From assembly GCA_019658995.1 (NCBI GenBank), contig JAIFWN010000003.1, positions 2,436-66,435 on the forward strand: a DNA stretch of 64,000 nt. The letters are read 5' to 3'. Below are positions 8,594 to 18,871 of the stretch, one piece after another. The DNA comes from Candidatus Parcubacteria bacterium. Its GTDB lineage: Bacteria; Patescibacteriota; Minisyncoccia; Phycocordibacterales; Zambryskibacteraceae. The notes beneath the pieces are model-generated. The model worked only from the letters and a program-made list of their open reading frames with translations. It was not told the DNA's origin and searched no databases. Positions within the stretch are counted from its first letter, which is position 1. Every line of letters starts with the position of its first letter. Both the position numbers and the translations under genes were made by a program.

Positions 8594-8800
8594 ATGAATA
8601 CAGCAGAAAACGCAGTTCGATCATGGGGTGGAGAGTGGGGTAACTATCCGGTCTTTATCCATGGCGGTGGAGGGTTGGGCTGTCTCTGGTTTATCGGCTG
8701 GCTCTTCACTATCGGATACCTGAAGCTAAGCTTCTGGCACGGAGTCCTCGCGATTATCATCTGGCCGTACTACCTGGGCAAGAAATTCCATAGAGCCTAA
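8594..8800 (+). CDS. Small membrane protein
   Basis: 68 aa with two hydrophobic segments. Extended -10 TGGTATCAT lies 6 nt upstream of the ATG. Confidence 0.7.
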   Translation: MNTAENAVRSWGGEWGNYPVFIHGGGGLGCLWFIGWLFTIGYLKLSFWHGVLAIIIWPYYLGKKFHRA

Positions 8801-8832
8801 TTCGTCCTATTACTGAAGTATAATAGTACTTC

Positions 8833-9960
8833 ATGAAGATCAAGTTCCTGACCATGGGTGTTTTGATATTTGCACCCTTATTTGTCTCGGCGGCCATGAG
8901 CGCTCCCTTCGAGATCTCGGGCTGGATACCGTACTGGCGAAGTGCCACCGGCACTGCAGAGTTCCTGACGCACATTGATTCTTTCAAAGAAATTAACCCT
9001 TTCGGTTATACGGTTAAGAACGACGGCACGCTTAACGATGAGATGAAGCTGAGCGAAGCTCCGTGGCCGGAGCTTACTGCCCTGGCACACCTAAAGCAGA
9101 TCAGGGTCATACCGACGGTAATGTGGTCCAATGCTTCCGCTATGGACAGGGTATTCAGAAGCACGGCTCTGCGGGCCGCGCACATTCAGCAGATCGTCAA
9201 TGCGGTCTACCTCAACGGTTTTGACGGGATCGATATAGATTACGAAGCCAAAGCGTCTGAAACCATGCCCTACTTCTCGCTCTTTCTTAAAGAGCTCTAT
9301 AAGGCCATGGGCAAGAAGTGGGTGATGTGTACCATCGAGGCCCGCACTCCTCCGGATTCTCTCAGGCCCGACTCGAGCGTGCCTTATATTCCTGCGTATG
9401 CCAACGATTACGCGGTCATAAACCAGAACTGCGACAGGGTCCGCATTATGGCATACGACCAGGCATCTGTGGACCGCAAACTGACCACTTCCGTAACCGG
9501 ACCATACGTGCCGGTAGCGGATCCGAAGTGGGTGGAGAAAGTTCTTACTCTCGCGGAAAAGAGCATATCCAAGAAGAAGCTGATGCTCGGCGTAGCTACG
9601 TACGGATACGAGTTTCGGGTGACTCCGCTCTCGAGCGGATATGATTACAAACACCTCTGGGCCTTTAACCCCAGGTATGCCACAGAACTGGCCGCATCCA
9701 TGGGTATCACTCCGAACCGCAACATCGCCGGCGAACTCTCCTTTATATATAGACCGGACGCCACCTCGACCGAGCCGACCGCGTCTGTCATAGCCACCGC
9801 TGACAGCACCTTGAGCCAGTCCTTCAATATAGTATGGTGGTCAGATGCCGAAGCTATCAGATCCAAAGTGGAACTTGCCAAGAAGCATGGAATCAGGGGG
9901 GTCTCGGTCTTCAAGATCGACGGCGGAGCCGATCCAAATATATGGCAAGTGCTTAAATAG
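8833..9960 (+). CDS. Secreted glycoside hydrolase family 18
   Basis: Signal peptide, intact DGIDIDYE (DxDxE), IMAYDQ, LGVATYG, KVELAKKHGIRGVSVF. Confidence 0.9.
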   Translation: MKIKFLTMGVLIFAPLFVSAAMSAPFEISGWIPYWRSATGTAEFLTHIDSFKEINPFGYTVKNDGTLNDEMKLSEAPWPELTALAHLKQIRVIPTVMWSNASAMDRVFRSTALRAAHIQQIVNAVYLNGFDGIDIDYEAKASETMPYFSLFLKELYKAMGKKWVMCTIEARTPPDSLRPDSSVPYIPAYANDYAVINQNCDRVRIMAYDQASVDRKLTTSVTGPYVPVADPKWVEKVLTLAEKSISKKKLMLGVATYGYEFRVTPLSSGYDYKHLWAFNPRYATELAASMGITPNRNIAGELSFIYRPDATSTEPTASVIATADSTLSQSFNIVWWSDAEAIRSKVELAKKHGIRGVSVFKIDGGADPNIWQVLK

Positions 9961-9982
9961 GCAGATCTGGTAGAATCCTAAA

Positions 9983-11800
9983 ATGAAAGCAAAAAATACG
10001 GCTAAGGAATTTCTGCAATATCTGAACGATGAATATCACAAGCTCCATAAGGGCTACGAGGAGCTGTTCTGGATTTCCTATATGGGTGATCATAGTGTGG
10101 ATAATAAGCTCAAGCTGGCCCAAAAGAGACGTGATGCTTTCCGAGCTAATCCGGAATTCCCAAAACGATTGAAGGAACTGGAAGAAGGGGCGGACAAGGC
10201 CGCTGGCGTCCGCATCGGATACTGGCTTTGGTTTTTCTCCTGCTATCAGACTCCGCCCGAGGGTTTGGCTGTAAAGGAGAAGATCGACAAGCTTGAAGGA
10301 GAAATACAAAGAAAGCGGTCAACACGCAAGGAGGGCTATACGGATCCTTATACTAAGAAGTTCGTAGCGGCATCCTCAAACAAGATGTCTGTGATGATGG
10401 TTACTCATAACGATGAGAAGGTCAGGAAGTCCTGCTTTAGTGCCAAAGAAAAATTGGCAAAACAGTTCGCCAGAGAATATGTGGAGCTCGTCAGATTGCG
10501 TAATCGATATGCCCGTGCCCTGGGTTATGGGGATTTCTATGAATATAAGCTTAGAACGGTCGATAGGATGAGCAAGCGAGAGATCTTTGGTATTTTTGAC
10601 AAGATATACCGGAAGATCAAGTATGCGGAGAAAAATATCGCCAAACTGGAAAAATCGATGCCCGGACTCAGGAAGCCATGGAATTTCGGCTATATGATGA
10701 GCGGAAATTTCATCAAGGAGAAGGATCCTTACTTTCAGTTCGACCAAGCAATCATCCGCTGGGGGCAATCTTTTGCCGCGCTCGGCATAGACTTCAAGGG
10801 AGGAACGCTGAAGCTCGATCTCCTGGACCGTAAGGGCAAGTACAACAATGGATTCTGCCATTACCCGGACTTAGTCCGTATGGAGAAAGGTAAGCTAATG
10901 CCGGGCAGCGCAAATTTCACCTGCAATATGGTCTACGGACAGGTAGGTTCGGGCCATAACGGATACCATACTCTTTTCCACGAAGGCGGGCATGCCGCTG
11001 ACAGGTTGAATTCGGAGGTCATAGATGTATGCATGAATCATGAATTTGCTCCGAGCTCCAACGCCTGGGCGGAGACTCACAGTATGTTTCTCGATACCGT
11101 TTTCAGCAGTATCGAATGGGCTTCGCGTTATGCTCTGGACAAAGATGGTCGTGCATATCCGTTCGAGCTTTTTGAACACGAAATTAAGAAGATGCATCCG
11201 CTTCGTCCGCTTTCTCTCAACGGAATGATGATGGTCTCCGATTTCGAGCGTCAGGTGTATGAGGCCAAAACTCTCACCGGAGGCAGGGTGAAATCTATAG
11301 CGCGGAATACTTTCAAAAAATATTTCGACCGTTCGGTGCCGTCGCATAACATTCTTAACATTCCGCATATTTACGACTTCGAAAGTTCGGCTTACTACCA
11401 TGGATATGCGCTGGCCACTCTGATTCTTAACCAGTGGAGAGAGTATTTCTACAAAAAATACGGGTATATTGTTGACAATAAGAAGGTCGGTGCGGAGATG
11501 TCCAGGGTTTGGAAGCTCGCCTCTACCAAAGGATTAATGGATTTTGTGAAGATGGCAACCGGTAAGCCGTTATCGGCGGATGCATTCCTGAGAGAGGTAA
11601 CAATGACTTTGCCTGGGATACTCAAGCGTGCCAAGTCTAGGATAGACAGGCTCAAGAAGGTTAAGAGGTATACCGGACCGGTAAAGTTCAATGCCAAAAT
11701 ACATCTTGTGGACGGCAAGAAGGAAATAGCGAACAACAGGAAGAGCTTCGAGGATATGGCTAAGAAGTATTCAGATTGGCTCAGTTCTGAAAGAAAGTAG
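9983..11800 (+). CDS. M3 family oligopeptidase
   Basis: LDLLDRKGKYNNGF, TLFHEGGH (HExxH), downstream AETHS third ligand. Confidence 0.85.
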   Translation: MKAKNTAKEFLQYLNDEYHKLHKGYEELFWISYMGDHSVDNKLKLAQKRRDAFRANPEFPKRLKELEEGADKAAGVRIGYWLWFFSCYQTPPEGLAVKEKIDKLEGEIQRKRSTRKEGYTDPYTKKFVAASSNKMSVMMVTHNDEKVRKSCFSAKEKLAKQFAREYVELVRLRNRYARALGYGDFYEYKLRTVDRMSKREIFGIFDKIYRKIKYAEKNIAKLEKSMPGLRKPWNFGYMMSGNFIKEKDPYFQFDQAIIRWGQSFAALGIDFKGGTLKLDLLDRKGKYNNGFCHYPDLVRMEKGKLMPGSANFTCNMVYGQVGSGHNGYHTLFHEGGHAADRLNSEVIDVCMNHEFAPSSNAWAETHSMFLDTVFSSIEWASRYALDKDGRAYPFELFEHEIKKMHPLRPLSLNGMMMVSDFERQVYEAKTLTGGRVKSIARNTFKKYFDRSVPSHNILNIPHIYDFESSAYYHGYALATLILNQWREYFYKKYGYIVDNKKVGAEMSRVWKLASTKGLMDFVKMATGKPLSADAFLREVTMTLPGILKRAKSRIDRLKKVKRYTGPVKFNAKIHLVDGKKEIANNRKSFEDMAKKYSDWLSSERK

Positions 11801-11865
11801 CAGGGTCTGCGTTATTGGATAAAGAGGCCGGATCTCGGGCTCTTACTAACTAATAATCCAAACCC

Positions 11866-12642
11866 ATGCAGAAACACAAATATATTACTCTCGTCGTCGG
11901 GGCAGCTATAGCGCTCTCGCCTCTGGCTGTTCTCAAGGCGGCATCGCTCATCGGCCTATCATACGGACCCATAGAGACCGAATTGCAGACTAATACGAAT
12001 ATCAACGCCGATCTTGATGCCGGGGCGAGCGCGGACAACCAAGATGGTGGTATTAATGCTGGTGCCGGAGCCAGCGCCAACAGTTCCATCTCTGGAGACG
12101 TCATGACGATAAAGAGAGAGGATGTCCGCGATAACCCCGATGAAGACCGGTCCGAAAACGAAGTAAACGACGACAGCCCGCTCAGTACTTCAGGTAGCAT
12201 AAGTGCCCAGGCCGGAGTCAACGCCGGTATTGCGACTTCCAATGTCGCCACAGAGAGCGATCTCAGAGCCTTTGCCGAGAATGCCATCAAATCCGATGAA
12301 AATATCAACTTCATAAGCTTCGGTAATGACAATATCAGCGTCTCTTACAAGGACCGCGGACGCTTCATTGGTGTCATACCGGTTATCATGGATGTGGAGG
12401 TGGGTGTCGACCAAGGAGGCAATGTGCGCTTCGATTATCCGTGGTTCGGATTCCTGGTTATCAAAGACAGGGCTGATCTCGAAGCACGAGTACGGGCTGC
12501 CGTAGAGTCCTCATCCTCGATAGGAGCCAACGGCTGGACCAATTATGATCGTGCCGAACTTGCCTCAAGGATCGCAGCTGCTCTAAGGGCGCATTATGAA
12601 GCCGGAGACAGCGCAACCTCAACCTCAGAAGCCAATCGGTAA
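11866..12642 (+). CDS. Secreted acidic low-complexity hypothetical protein
   Basis: N-terminal signal/TM segment, Ala/Gly/Asn/Asp-rich middle. Own TATAAT upstream and terminator downstream. Confidence 0.75.
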   Translation: MQKHKYITLVVGAAIALSPLAVLKAASLIGLSYGPIETELQTNTNINADLDAGASADNQDGGINAGAGASANSSISGDVMTIKREDVRDNPDEDRSENEVNDDSPLSTSGSISAQAGVNAGIATSNVATESDLRAFAENAIKSDENINFISFGNDNISVSYKDRGRFIGVIPVIMDVEVGVDQGGNVRFDYPWFGFLVIKDRADLEARVRAAVESSSSIGANGWTNYDRAELASRIAAALRAHYEAGDSATSTSEANR

Positions 12643-12651
12643 TACCAGCTT

Positions 12652-12679
12652 AAACCCCGCCAAATGGCGGGGTTTTTGT
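12652..12679 (+). terminator. Rho-independent terminator
   Basis: AAACCCCGCC-AAAT-GGCGGGGTTT followed by T tract. Confidence 0.88.
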
Positions 12680-12692
12680 TTATAATGGATGC

Positions 12693-13766
12693 ATGTCCTT
12701 TCAGAAAGTGGCGGCTTGGTACAAGCACAACGAACGGCATGTATCGTCGGCCGCACTTATCGGCGGATTCATATTCGACATACTAACGCTTCGGCGCGCA
12801 GACTCGTTCTGGGAAAATTTCTGGGTCGTATTTCATCTCGTCGTCGTTGCCTCGGCTATGATCTTCTTGAGCAAGAGGGAGAAAACGGGGGATAAGGCTT
12901 CAAAGACAGGCTTGTGGGCTCTTACCCTCCTTCAATTCAGTTTCGGAGGGTTGCTTTCGGCTTTCCTGATTCTTTACTTCAGGAGTTCCACATTGTCTGT
13001 GAGCTGGCCGTTCCTTCTCATACTTGCCCTGGCATTCGCTGCCAATGAGCGGCTCAAGCGTTACCACGAGCGCCTGACATTCCAAGTGTCCTTCCTCTTC
13101 CTCTCCCTCATGCTCTTCATGATCTTCCTAGTGCCGGTGCTGATCGGATCCATAGGGACGTTTGAATTCGTACTGGCCGGGGTGTTGAGTCTGGGTGCAA
13201 TCAGACTCTTCCTCAGATTCTTGGAAAAGTTTTCCGGAGATACATATCTGCGCAGCCGGAGAGCCATCCGCCTTTCGATTATTACGATCTTCATCGGGAT
13301 TAACGCTCTCTACTTCACTAATATAATTCCCCCCATACCGCTTTCTCTCAAGGAAGGCGGCATATACCACTCTGTGTCCAGGAGTCCCGGCGGTAATTAC
13401 GTGCTTGGGAAGGAACGCGGAGACCTGCTGGATTTTCTGAAACTGCATAGGACCATCCACGTTGAGCCAGGACATTCACTCTTCCTGTACTCATCGGTTT
13501 TCTCTCCGGCCAAATTCAGCACTACGGTAATTCACGATTGGCAATATTGGAACGAAGAGAGCGGTAAGTGGGTAACAATGTCGAGGATAGCCCTGCCTAT
13601 ATTCGGCGGCAGAGGAAACGGTTACAGGACTTATTCCGAATCGAGCGTAGTCCCCGGTAAGTGGAGAGTCAGTGTGGAGACACCCAGAGGACAGATTATC
13701 GGAAGGGTCGGTTTCAGAGTAGAGCGAGCCTTAACTACACCCGAAGTCATACCGGAAACGCATTAA
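12693..13766 (+). CDS. DUF2914-like membrane protein
   Basis: About 7 TM helices, then YFTNIIPPIPLSL, SVFSP, GGRGNGYRTYS, GKWRVSVETPRGQIIGR. Confidence 0.8.
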   Translation: MSFQKVAAWYKHNERHVSSAALIGGFIFDILTLRRADSFWENFWVVFHLVVVASAMIFLSKREKTGDKASKTGLWALTLLQFSFGGLLSAFLILYFRSSTLSVSWPFLLILALAFAANERLKRYHERLTFQVSFLFLSLMLFMIFLVPVLIGSIGTFEFVLAGVLSLGAIRLFLRFLEKFSGDTYLRSRRAIRLSIITIFIGINALYFTNIIPPIPLSLKEGGIYHSVSRSPGGNYVLGKERGDLLDFLKLHRTIHVEPGHSLFLYSSVFSPAKFSTTVIHDWQYWNEESGKWVTMSRIALPIFGGRGNGYRTYSESSVVPGKWRVSVETPRGQIIGRVGFRVERALTTPEVIPETH

Positions 13767-13818
13767 GAAAGCCTCTCCGGCAGCGTCTTACGTCCCGTAG
13801 TGGGAATGTTATAATGCT

Positions 13819-14385
13819 ATGGTGGCTGACTCTAATCACACGGGCGGAGACGGAAGAATCTGGTCTGTTCTCCTGGGTATCCTCATCTTATTTACGGCGG
13901 TCATATTTTATGCCCGGCATGTAAATATTGCCAGGGTGGAAGAGCAGACCCGGACCCCGGTCGTGGCCCGTTATACTAATTACGCTTATGCCATCAATCT
14001 GCGCTATCCTCCGGAATGGCAGCCTGTCGGCGGCCAGCAGTATGATCGTTATGAAGGCTCAGATGGCTTCTTCAGCGTATCGGCCGGAGGCACAGGAGAT
14101 ATTACTATTGATAAGATGGCTGAGAACGAAGCCAATCATGCCCTGAAGCCATACGGCACGGAGCCTTACATACAGAAACTGACCATAGACGGACAGGACG
14201 CCAGGCTGATTTTACCCTCTCCCGATCAGAGTCCCTCGATGCACGGACAGGCTGTACTCATAGTTAAGTATCCGACTCTCGTGACCATAGGCTCCCAGGT
14301 ATACAAGTATTTGGTATTCTGGGCAGATCGCGCCCACATACAGGATATAGCAAGCTCCATTACCTTCCTCAATAAGCTCCAATAA
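13819..14385 (+). CDS. Membrane-anchored PsbP-like hypothetical protein
   Basis: TM helix, [24 protein letters not shown]-terminal IASSITF. Confidence 0.6.
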   Translation: MVADSNHTGGDGRIWSVLLGILILFTAVIFYARHVNIARVEEQTRTPVVARYTNYAYAINLRYPPEWQPVGGQQYDRYEGSDGFFSVSAGGTGDITIDKMAENEANHALKPYGTEPYIQKLTIDGQDARLILPSPDQSPSMHGQAVLIVKYPTLVTIGSQVYKYLVFWADRAHIQDIASSITFLNKLQ

Positions 14386-14395
14386 TACCGAGATT

Positions 14396-14866
14396 ATGGA
14401 TAAGGCAACATTTGCTCTGGGGTGCTTCTGGGGTTCTCAGGTTTTGTTCAAAAAAATCCCTGGGGTTTTAAAAACCGTTGTTGGCTACACCGGCGGACAT
14501 GTGCCGAACCCGACTTATGAAAGTGTCTGCTCTGGTACTACCGGTCACGCTGAAGCTGTCGAGGTGGCCTACGATCCCAGTGTTGTATCCTACCCAGAGC
14601 TTCTAGAGACCTTTTTCGAACATCATGATCCGACTACGCCGAACCGTTCCGGCCCTGACGTGGGTGAGCAATACCGCTCGGCGATCTTCTATCATACTGA
14701 AGAGCAGAGAAAGGCGGCTGAAGAGTTCAGGGACAGGCTGGAACGCAATCACCGCTACAAAAATCCGATTGTGACAGAGATATTGCCCGCAGGAGAATTT
14801 TACCCCGCGGAGGAGTATCATCAAGACTATGCCGAAAAGAATCCCTCCTACGTCTGCCATATCTAA
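14396..14866 (+). CDS. msrA: Peptide methionine sulfoxide reductase A
   Basis: [32 protein letters not shown]. Confidence 0.96.
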   Translation: MDKATFALGCFWGSQVLFKKIPGVLKTVVGYTGGHVPNPTYESVCSGTTGHAEAVEVAYDPSVVSYPELLETFFEHHDPTTPNRSGPDVGEQYRSAIFYHTEEQRKAAEEFRDRLERNHRYKNPIVTEILPAGEFYPAEEYHQDYAEKNPSYVCHI

Positions 14867-15440
14867 ACAACTCGGCAAACTCAACACCCCGGATAAGATT
14901 CAGAATTTTCTTAATAAGACGCCATTCAACTTCGAAAGAGGCGGTGAGACGTACCGTTCGGTCGAACAAAGTTTGAAGGCCGGCAGGGCGCACTGCTTCG
15001 AGGGAGCGCTCATCGCCGCGGCAGCACTCTCAATGCACGGGCATAAGCCGCTACTCCTCGACTTGCGCACCATCAATAAGGATGCCGATCACGTAGTCGT
15101 GCTGTTCAAACGGGGCAAATATTGGGGAGCCCTATCGAAGACCAATCACGCGGTGCTCCGCTATCGCGAGCCGGTTTACAAAAGCGTGCGCGAGCTCGCT
15201 ATGAGCTACTTCCATGAATATTTCCTGGAAGACGGCACGAAGACAATGCGCAAGTTCTCCAAGCCCTTCGACCTTTCCAAAACCAAATTCGACTGGCTTC
15301 ACTCCAAGGGGGATCTCGATGGGCTGGTGGATGAGCTGGACCATTCTCCGCACGAGGATGTTTTGCCACGGGGACACAAGCTCCGTAAAGCCGAAAAGAT
15401 TGAAATCAAGTCCGGTCTTCTAGTAGAATGGAAGAGATGA
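14829..15440 (+). CDS. Conserved hypothetical protein, possible transglutaminase/papain-like fold
   Basis: AHCFEGAL (Cys) and DADHVV (His). Overlaps the msrA 3' end, so the start is uncertain. Confidence 0.6.
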   Translation: MPKRIPPTSAISKQLGKLNTPDKIQNFLNKTPFNFERGGETYRSVEQSLKAGRAHCFEGALIAAAALSMHGHKPLLLDLRTINKDADHVVVLFKRGKYWGALSKTNHAVLRYREPVYKSVRELAMSYFHEYFLEDGTKTMRKFSKPFDLSKTKFDWLHSKGDLDGLVDELDHSPHEDVLPRGHKLRKAEKIEIKSGLLVEWKR

Positions 15441-15898
15441 ATCTCCATCCGATCGTCATCCACTTCCCGATAGCGCTGCTCACTCTGTACTCTATTTTTG
15501 AACTAATCAGGTTTCAAAAGGTGATAGAGAAGCCATACGTCTTCTATATAAAAGCTTTCCTTGTGACCTTCGGTGCCCTGGGAGCTCTCGCCGGAGTAAT
15601 TACCGGAGCTATAACGAGCGGATGGGCGATCGGCGGACCAAGAATTTTTGCTCTCCATCAGATTTTCGGCCTCTCAACCCTCATCCTGTCCATTGGGATT
15701 GCCAAGGGATATCTCTTCCACTGGCAGAGGCCCAATTGGTACTCGGAGCATGTACTGAGACCTAGGGTTTTAGTACCTCTTGCACTCCTTCTTCTTATAG
15801 CGATCACAATTACTGGTGGCCTAGGCGCGGCTATGACCAGAGGCACGCATTTCGACCCCTTCATGGCTCCGATTTTCAAACTACTTGGTGTCTACTAG
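15437..15898 (+). CDS. DUF2231-like membrane protein
   Basis: LHPIVIHFPIALL, a conserved His in a later helix, TGGLG. ATGA overlap with the upstream stop. Confidence 0.75.
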   Translation: MNLHPIVIHFPIALLTLYSIFELIRFQKVIEKPYVFYIKAFLVTFGALGALAGVITGAITSGWAIGGPRIFALHQIFGLSTLILSIGIAKGYLFHWQRPNWYSEHVLRPRVLVPLALLLLIAITITGGLGAAMTRGTHFDPFMAPIFKLLGVY

Positions 15899-17017
15899 TC
15901 TCATTGACTCGCGGAGTCCCAAGAGCACTGCGAAAGCAAGAATAATATATATAGAGTAGAAGGGAAGACTGGCAATAGCCAGGGCACCTGCCGCCGCACC
16001 GAAAATGAGCCCGGCCGACCTGGAAAGTCTAAAGATGGATATCAGACCCGAGTCATTTGAACTAACATGCTTAAAGAAGTAGCTCTCGGTAGTGATTTCG
16101 ATGACGCTCGCTCCGACACGAGTGAAGAAAAGGGCGACAGCCCAGGGTATCGCTTCCTTACCAAGTCCCGGTATGAATAAGAGTGAGACAAAGGTGATGA
16201 AGAAACCCCACGACATGATCTCGCGTTCGCCATAGAACCGGTCAGCAAGTATGCCGGCCGGCCATTCGAATATGATAAAAGGGAGAAGCATTATGGAAAA
16301 TATTACTCCAATCTCCGTCCAGCTGAATCCGATATGTCCGTGAAGGTATATGGGGGTATATATCGCCATCATGCCGAAGAAGAACTCAAGGATGAATCTG
16401 GCAAAGGTCACGCGGCGCACAGCCTTCCTCTTCCACCACAGGAGGAAGGGCAACGAATGCCCCGTGTACTTCCTCCTTGGATGTTTAGACCGCAGGAAGA
16501 ACAAAACCAAGATTATGAGCGGCAGGAGCAAGAGGGCCGCAGCCAGGTAGAAGTATTTGAACTTCTCATCCGTACCCAACAGTGTGATCAGTATCGGGCC
16601 GGCGGCAAAGGCGATATTTGCGAGCGTGAGATAAATACCCCGAATCTCACCGGTTTTCCTGTTGGCCGTATCTTCCTCGAGCATTATGTCTAAGGCGTAG
16701 TAGACCATTGTCGAGACAGAAGCGTATATGAGGAAAAATATAGCCGCATCATACGGGCCGAAGGCGTAGGCGGCGCCTATGGTCGAGCCAAGAGTAAAGA
16801 AAAGAAAAAGGAAAAGGAACCCTCTGGTTCCGAACTTATTGAGAAGCCTTGGTGCCAGTAAAAATAAAGCGGCATTGCCGAGTGCTCCGGCTACATAGAG
16901 TATGCCGATAGTCTGAAGTCCGAAGAAGTGCTCGAGAAAGGACGAGTTTATATAAAGAGTGGCGGCAAAGTGGAGTGAGAAAAAGAACTCCGCGAGAAAT
17001 ATGACAACCAGGCGCAT
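15881..17017 (-). CDS. MFS transporter
   Basis: About 12 TM helices, motif-A-like PRLLNKFGTR and GILADRFYGER. ATG at 17017 is preceded by TGCTATAAT. Confidence 0.88.
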   Translation of the reverse strand: MRLVVIFLAEFFFSLHFAATLYINSSFLEHFFGLQTIGILYVAGALGNAALFLLAPRLLNKFGTRGFLFLFLFFTLGSTIGAAYAFGPYDAAIFFLIYASVSTMVYYALDIMLEEDTANRKTGEIRGIYLTLANIAFAAGPILITLLGTDEKFKYFYLAAALLLLPLIILVLFFLRSKHPRRKYTGHSLPFLLWWKRKAVRRVTFARFILEFFFGMMAIYTPIYLHGHIGFSWTEIGVIFSIMLLPFIIFEWPAGILADRFYGEREIMSWGFFITFVSLLFIPGLGKEAIPWAVALFFTRVGASVIEITTESYFFKHVSSNDSGLISIFRLSRSAGLIFGAAAGALAIASLPFYSIYIILAFAVLLGLRESMRLVDTK

Positions 17018-17031
17018 CCGTAAAATTATAG

Positions 17032-17068
17032 CAAAACAAAGGCGCACGAACAGTGCGCCTTTGTTTTG
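17032..17068 (-). terminator. Intrinsic terminator after rnj
   Basis: CAAAACAAAGGCGCAC-GAACA-GTGCGCCTTTGTTTTG. Confidence 0.88.
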
Positions 17069-17076
17069 TTTATAAG

Positions 17077-18858
17077 TTAGACTCCGAGGATTACCGGGAT
17101 AATGACCGGCTTCTTCATAGTCTTTTGGAAGAGGAAGCGGGCAACGTCTTCGGAAACGGCATTCTTGGCATAGTCGAAGTTGATAGGGTTCATGCCCACA
17201 GTTGTCGACTCGATGGCACGCTTGATGATGTGACGGGTCTCGGAGAGAAGTTCCTGATTGTCGCGCAGGTAGATGAATCCGCGTGAGATGATGTCCGGGC
17301 TCTTCTTGAGTCGGCCGGTCTTCGATATGACCATGGCTACTACGACGACGAAGCCTTCCTCGGCGAGCATCTTGCGGTCTCGTATAAGCACTTCGGAGAC
17401 GTCGCCCACGGAGAAGCCCTCCACCACCATATCTTCAGAGGGTGCTTTCTCTGGAAGTTTTACAAATGTGTTGCCCTGGTCGCGGATCTCGATAATTGAG
17501 CCGTTATCGGGGACGATGACGTTTTCTGGTGGGGCACCGAGTTGACGGGCAAGCTCCGCATGCTGCTTCAGCATGTAGTGGTGGCCGTGCACCGGCATGA
17601 AGAACTTATACGGGATCTGGCGATGTACCCACTCGAGCTCGCCCCGCTTGCCGTGTCCGGAAGTGTGTACATCCGAGTCGAGGTAAGTAATGATTTTACT
17701 GTCGTGGCGGAAGAGATTATCTTTGAGCTTAGAGATAGCCTTTTCGTTGCCGGGAATGACGGAAGAAGAAAGGATGATGGTGTCGCTCCTCTGGAGCTTG
17801 ATGAACTTGTGAGTCTTGTTGGACATTCTCATGAGTGCGGCAAACTCCTCTCCCTGGGCACCGGTCGCGATCATCATGATCTTATTCGGCGGATACTTCT
17901 CGATATCTTCTATGGGGACTATATGATCCACTTCAGCCAGGTTCAGGTGCTTGATGATTTCCATATTGTTCTTCATCGAGCGGCCTTCGATAACCACCTT
18001 CTTGCCGTAGCGCTTGGCAATCCTCAAGAACTCAATAATGCGCTCGACCTGGGAGGCAAAGGTGGCAAGGATAACGCGTCCCGGCACCTGGGCGACGATC
18101 GAGTCTATGTTTTTCAAAATGAAATCTTCCGAGGGGGAGAAGCCCGGTTTCTCAATGCCCGTCGAGTCCATAGTAAAGAGAAGGATATTCCTATCCTTAA
18201 ACATTTTGTACTGCTCGATCTCCTTCTCGGTCGGTACGCCGTTCTCGTTGTCGACGCGGACGTCGCCCGTGTTGACGATATCTCCAAGGGGAGTCTCGAT
18301 GATGATGCCGGTAGAGTCGGGGATGGAATGAGTCAGGCCGAAGAAGCGAACCTTAAGGTTCGGAGTGATCGGTATGGATTTGTCGCCCTGGTCGACAATA
18401 CGCATATCGAGAGGCGGAAGCTGGGGGAACTCCTCCTGGCGCTTCTTGATCATAAGCGCGCCGAATTCCCGGGTATAGACCGGAGGATTGCCTATGCGGT
18501 TGATGATATAAGGAATACCGCCTATATGGTCGAGGTGTCCGTGAGTGATAACCAGGGCGCGGATTTTGGACTTTCTCTCCTCAATGTACTTCGTATTGGG
18601 CAGGATATAGTCGACGCCCGGAGTTTCCGCATCGGTGAACTGGATGCCGCAGTCGACTACTATGATGTCGTCACCGTACTCTATTGCCGTCATGTTGCGT
18701 CCGACCTCCTCGACGCCGCCCAGGGGCACGATACGTATGACATTCTCACCAAGCGGCGGGATGATATCGGGAGCTTTCTTCTGGGGAATAACACGGTCAG
18801 ACTTGTGCCGCATGTTCTTGCCGCGCATGCCGCGCTTGAAGGTTGAGGTTGGGTTCAT
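17077..18858 (-). CDS. rnj: Ribonuclease J
   Basis: PLGGVEEVGRNM, THGHLDHIGG, HSIPDS, ATGAQGE, VHTSGH, PVHG. Confidence 0.96.
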   Translation of the reverse strand: MNPTSTFKRGMRGKNMRHKSDRVIPQKKAPDIIPPLGENVIRIVPLGGVEEVGRNMTAIEYGDDIIVVDCGIQFTDAETPGVDYILPNTKYIEERKSKIRALVITHGHLDHIGGIPYIINRIGNPPVYTREFGALMIKKRQEEFPQLPPLDMRIVDQGDKSIPITPNLKVRFFGLTHSIPDSTGIIIETPLGDIVNTGDVRVDNENGVPTEKEIEQYKMFKDRNILLFTMDSTGIEKPGFSPSEDFILKNIDSIVAQVPGRVILATFASQVERIIEFLRIAKRYGKKVVIEGRSMKNNMEIIKHLNLAEVDHIVPIEDIEKYPPNKIMMIATGAQGEEFAALMRMSNKTHKFIKLQRSDTIILSSSVIPGNEKAISKLKDNLFRHDSKIITYLDSDVHTSGHGKRGELEWVHRQIPYKFFMPVHGHHYMLKQHAELARQLGAPPENVIVPDNGSIIEIRDQGNTFVKLPEKAPSEDMVVEGFSVGDVSEVLIRDRKMLAEEGFVVVVAMVISKTGRLKKSPDIISRGFIYLRDNQELLSETRHIIKRAIESTTVGMNPINFDYAKNAVSEDVARFLFQKTMKKPVIIPVILGV

Positions 18859-18871
18859 CTTTCTCTGTAGA

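Noticed and set aside
17542-18846. 434-aa plus-strand ORF opposite rnj
   Set aside because: Antisense shadow of a conserved gene with biased codons. No recognisable motifs.
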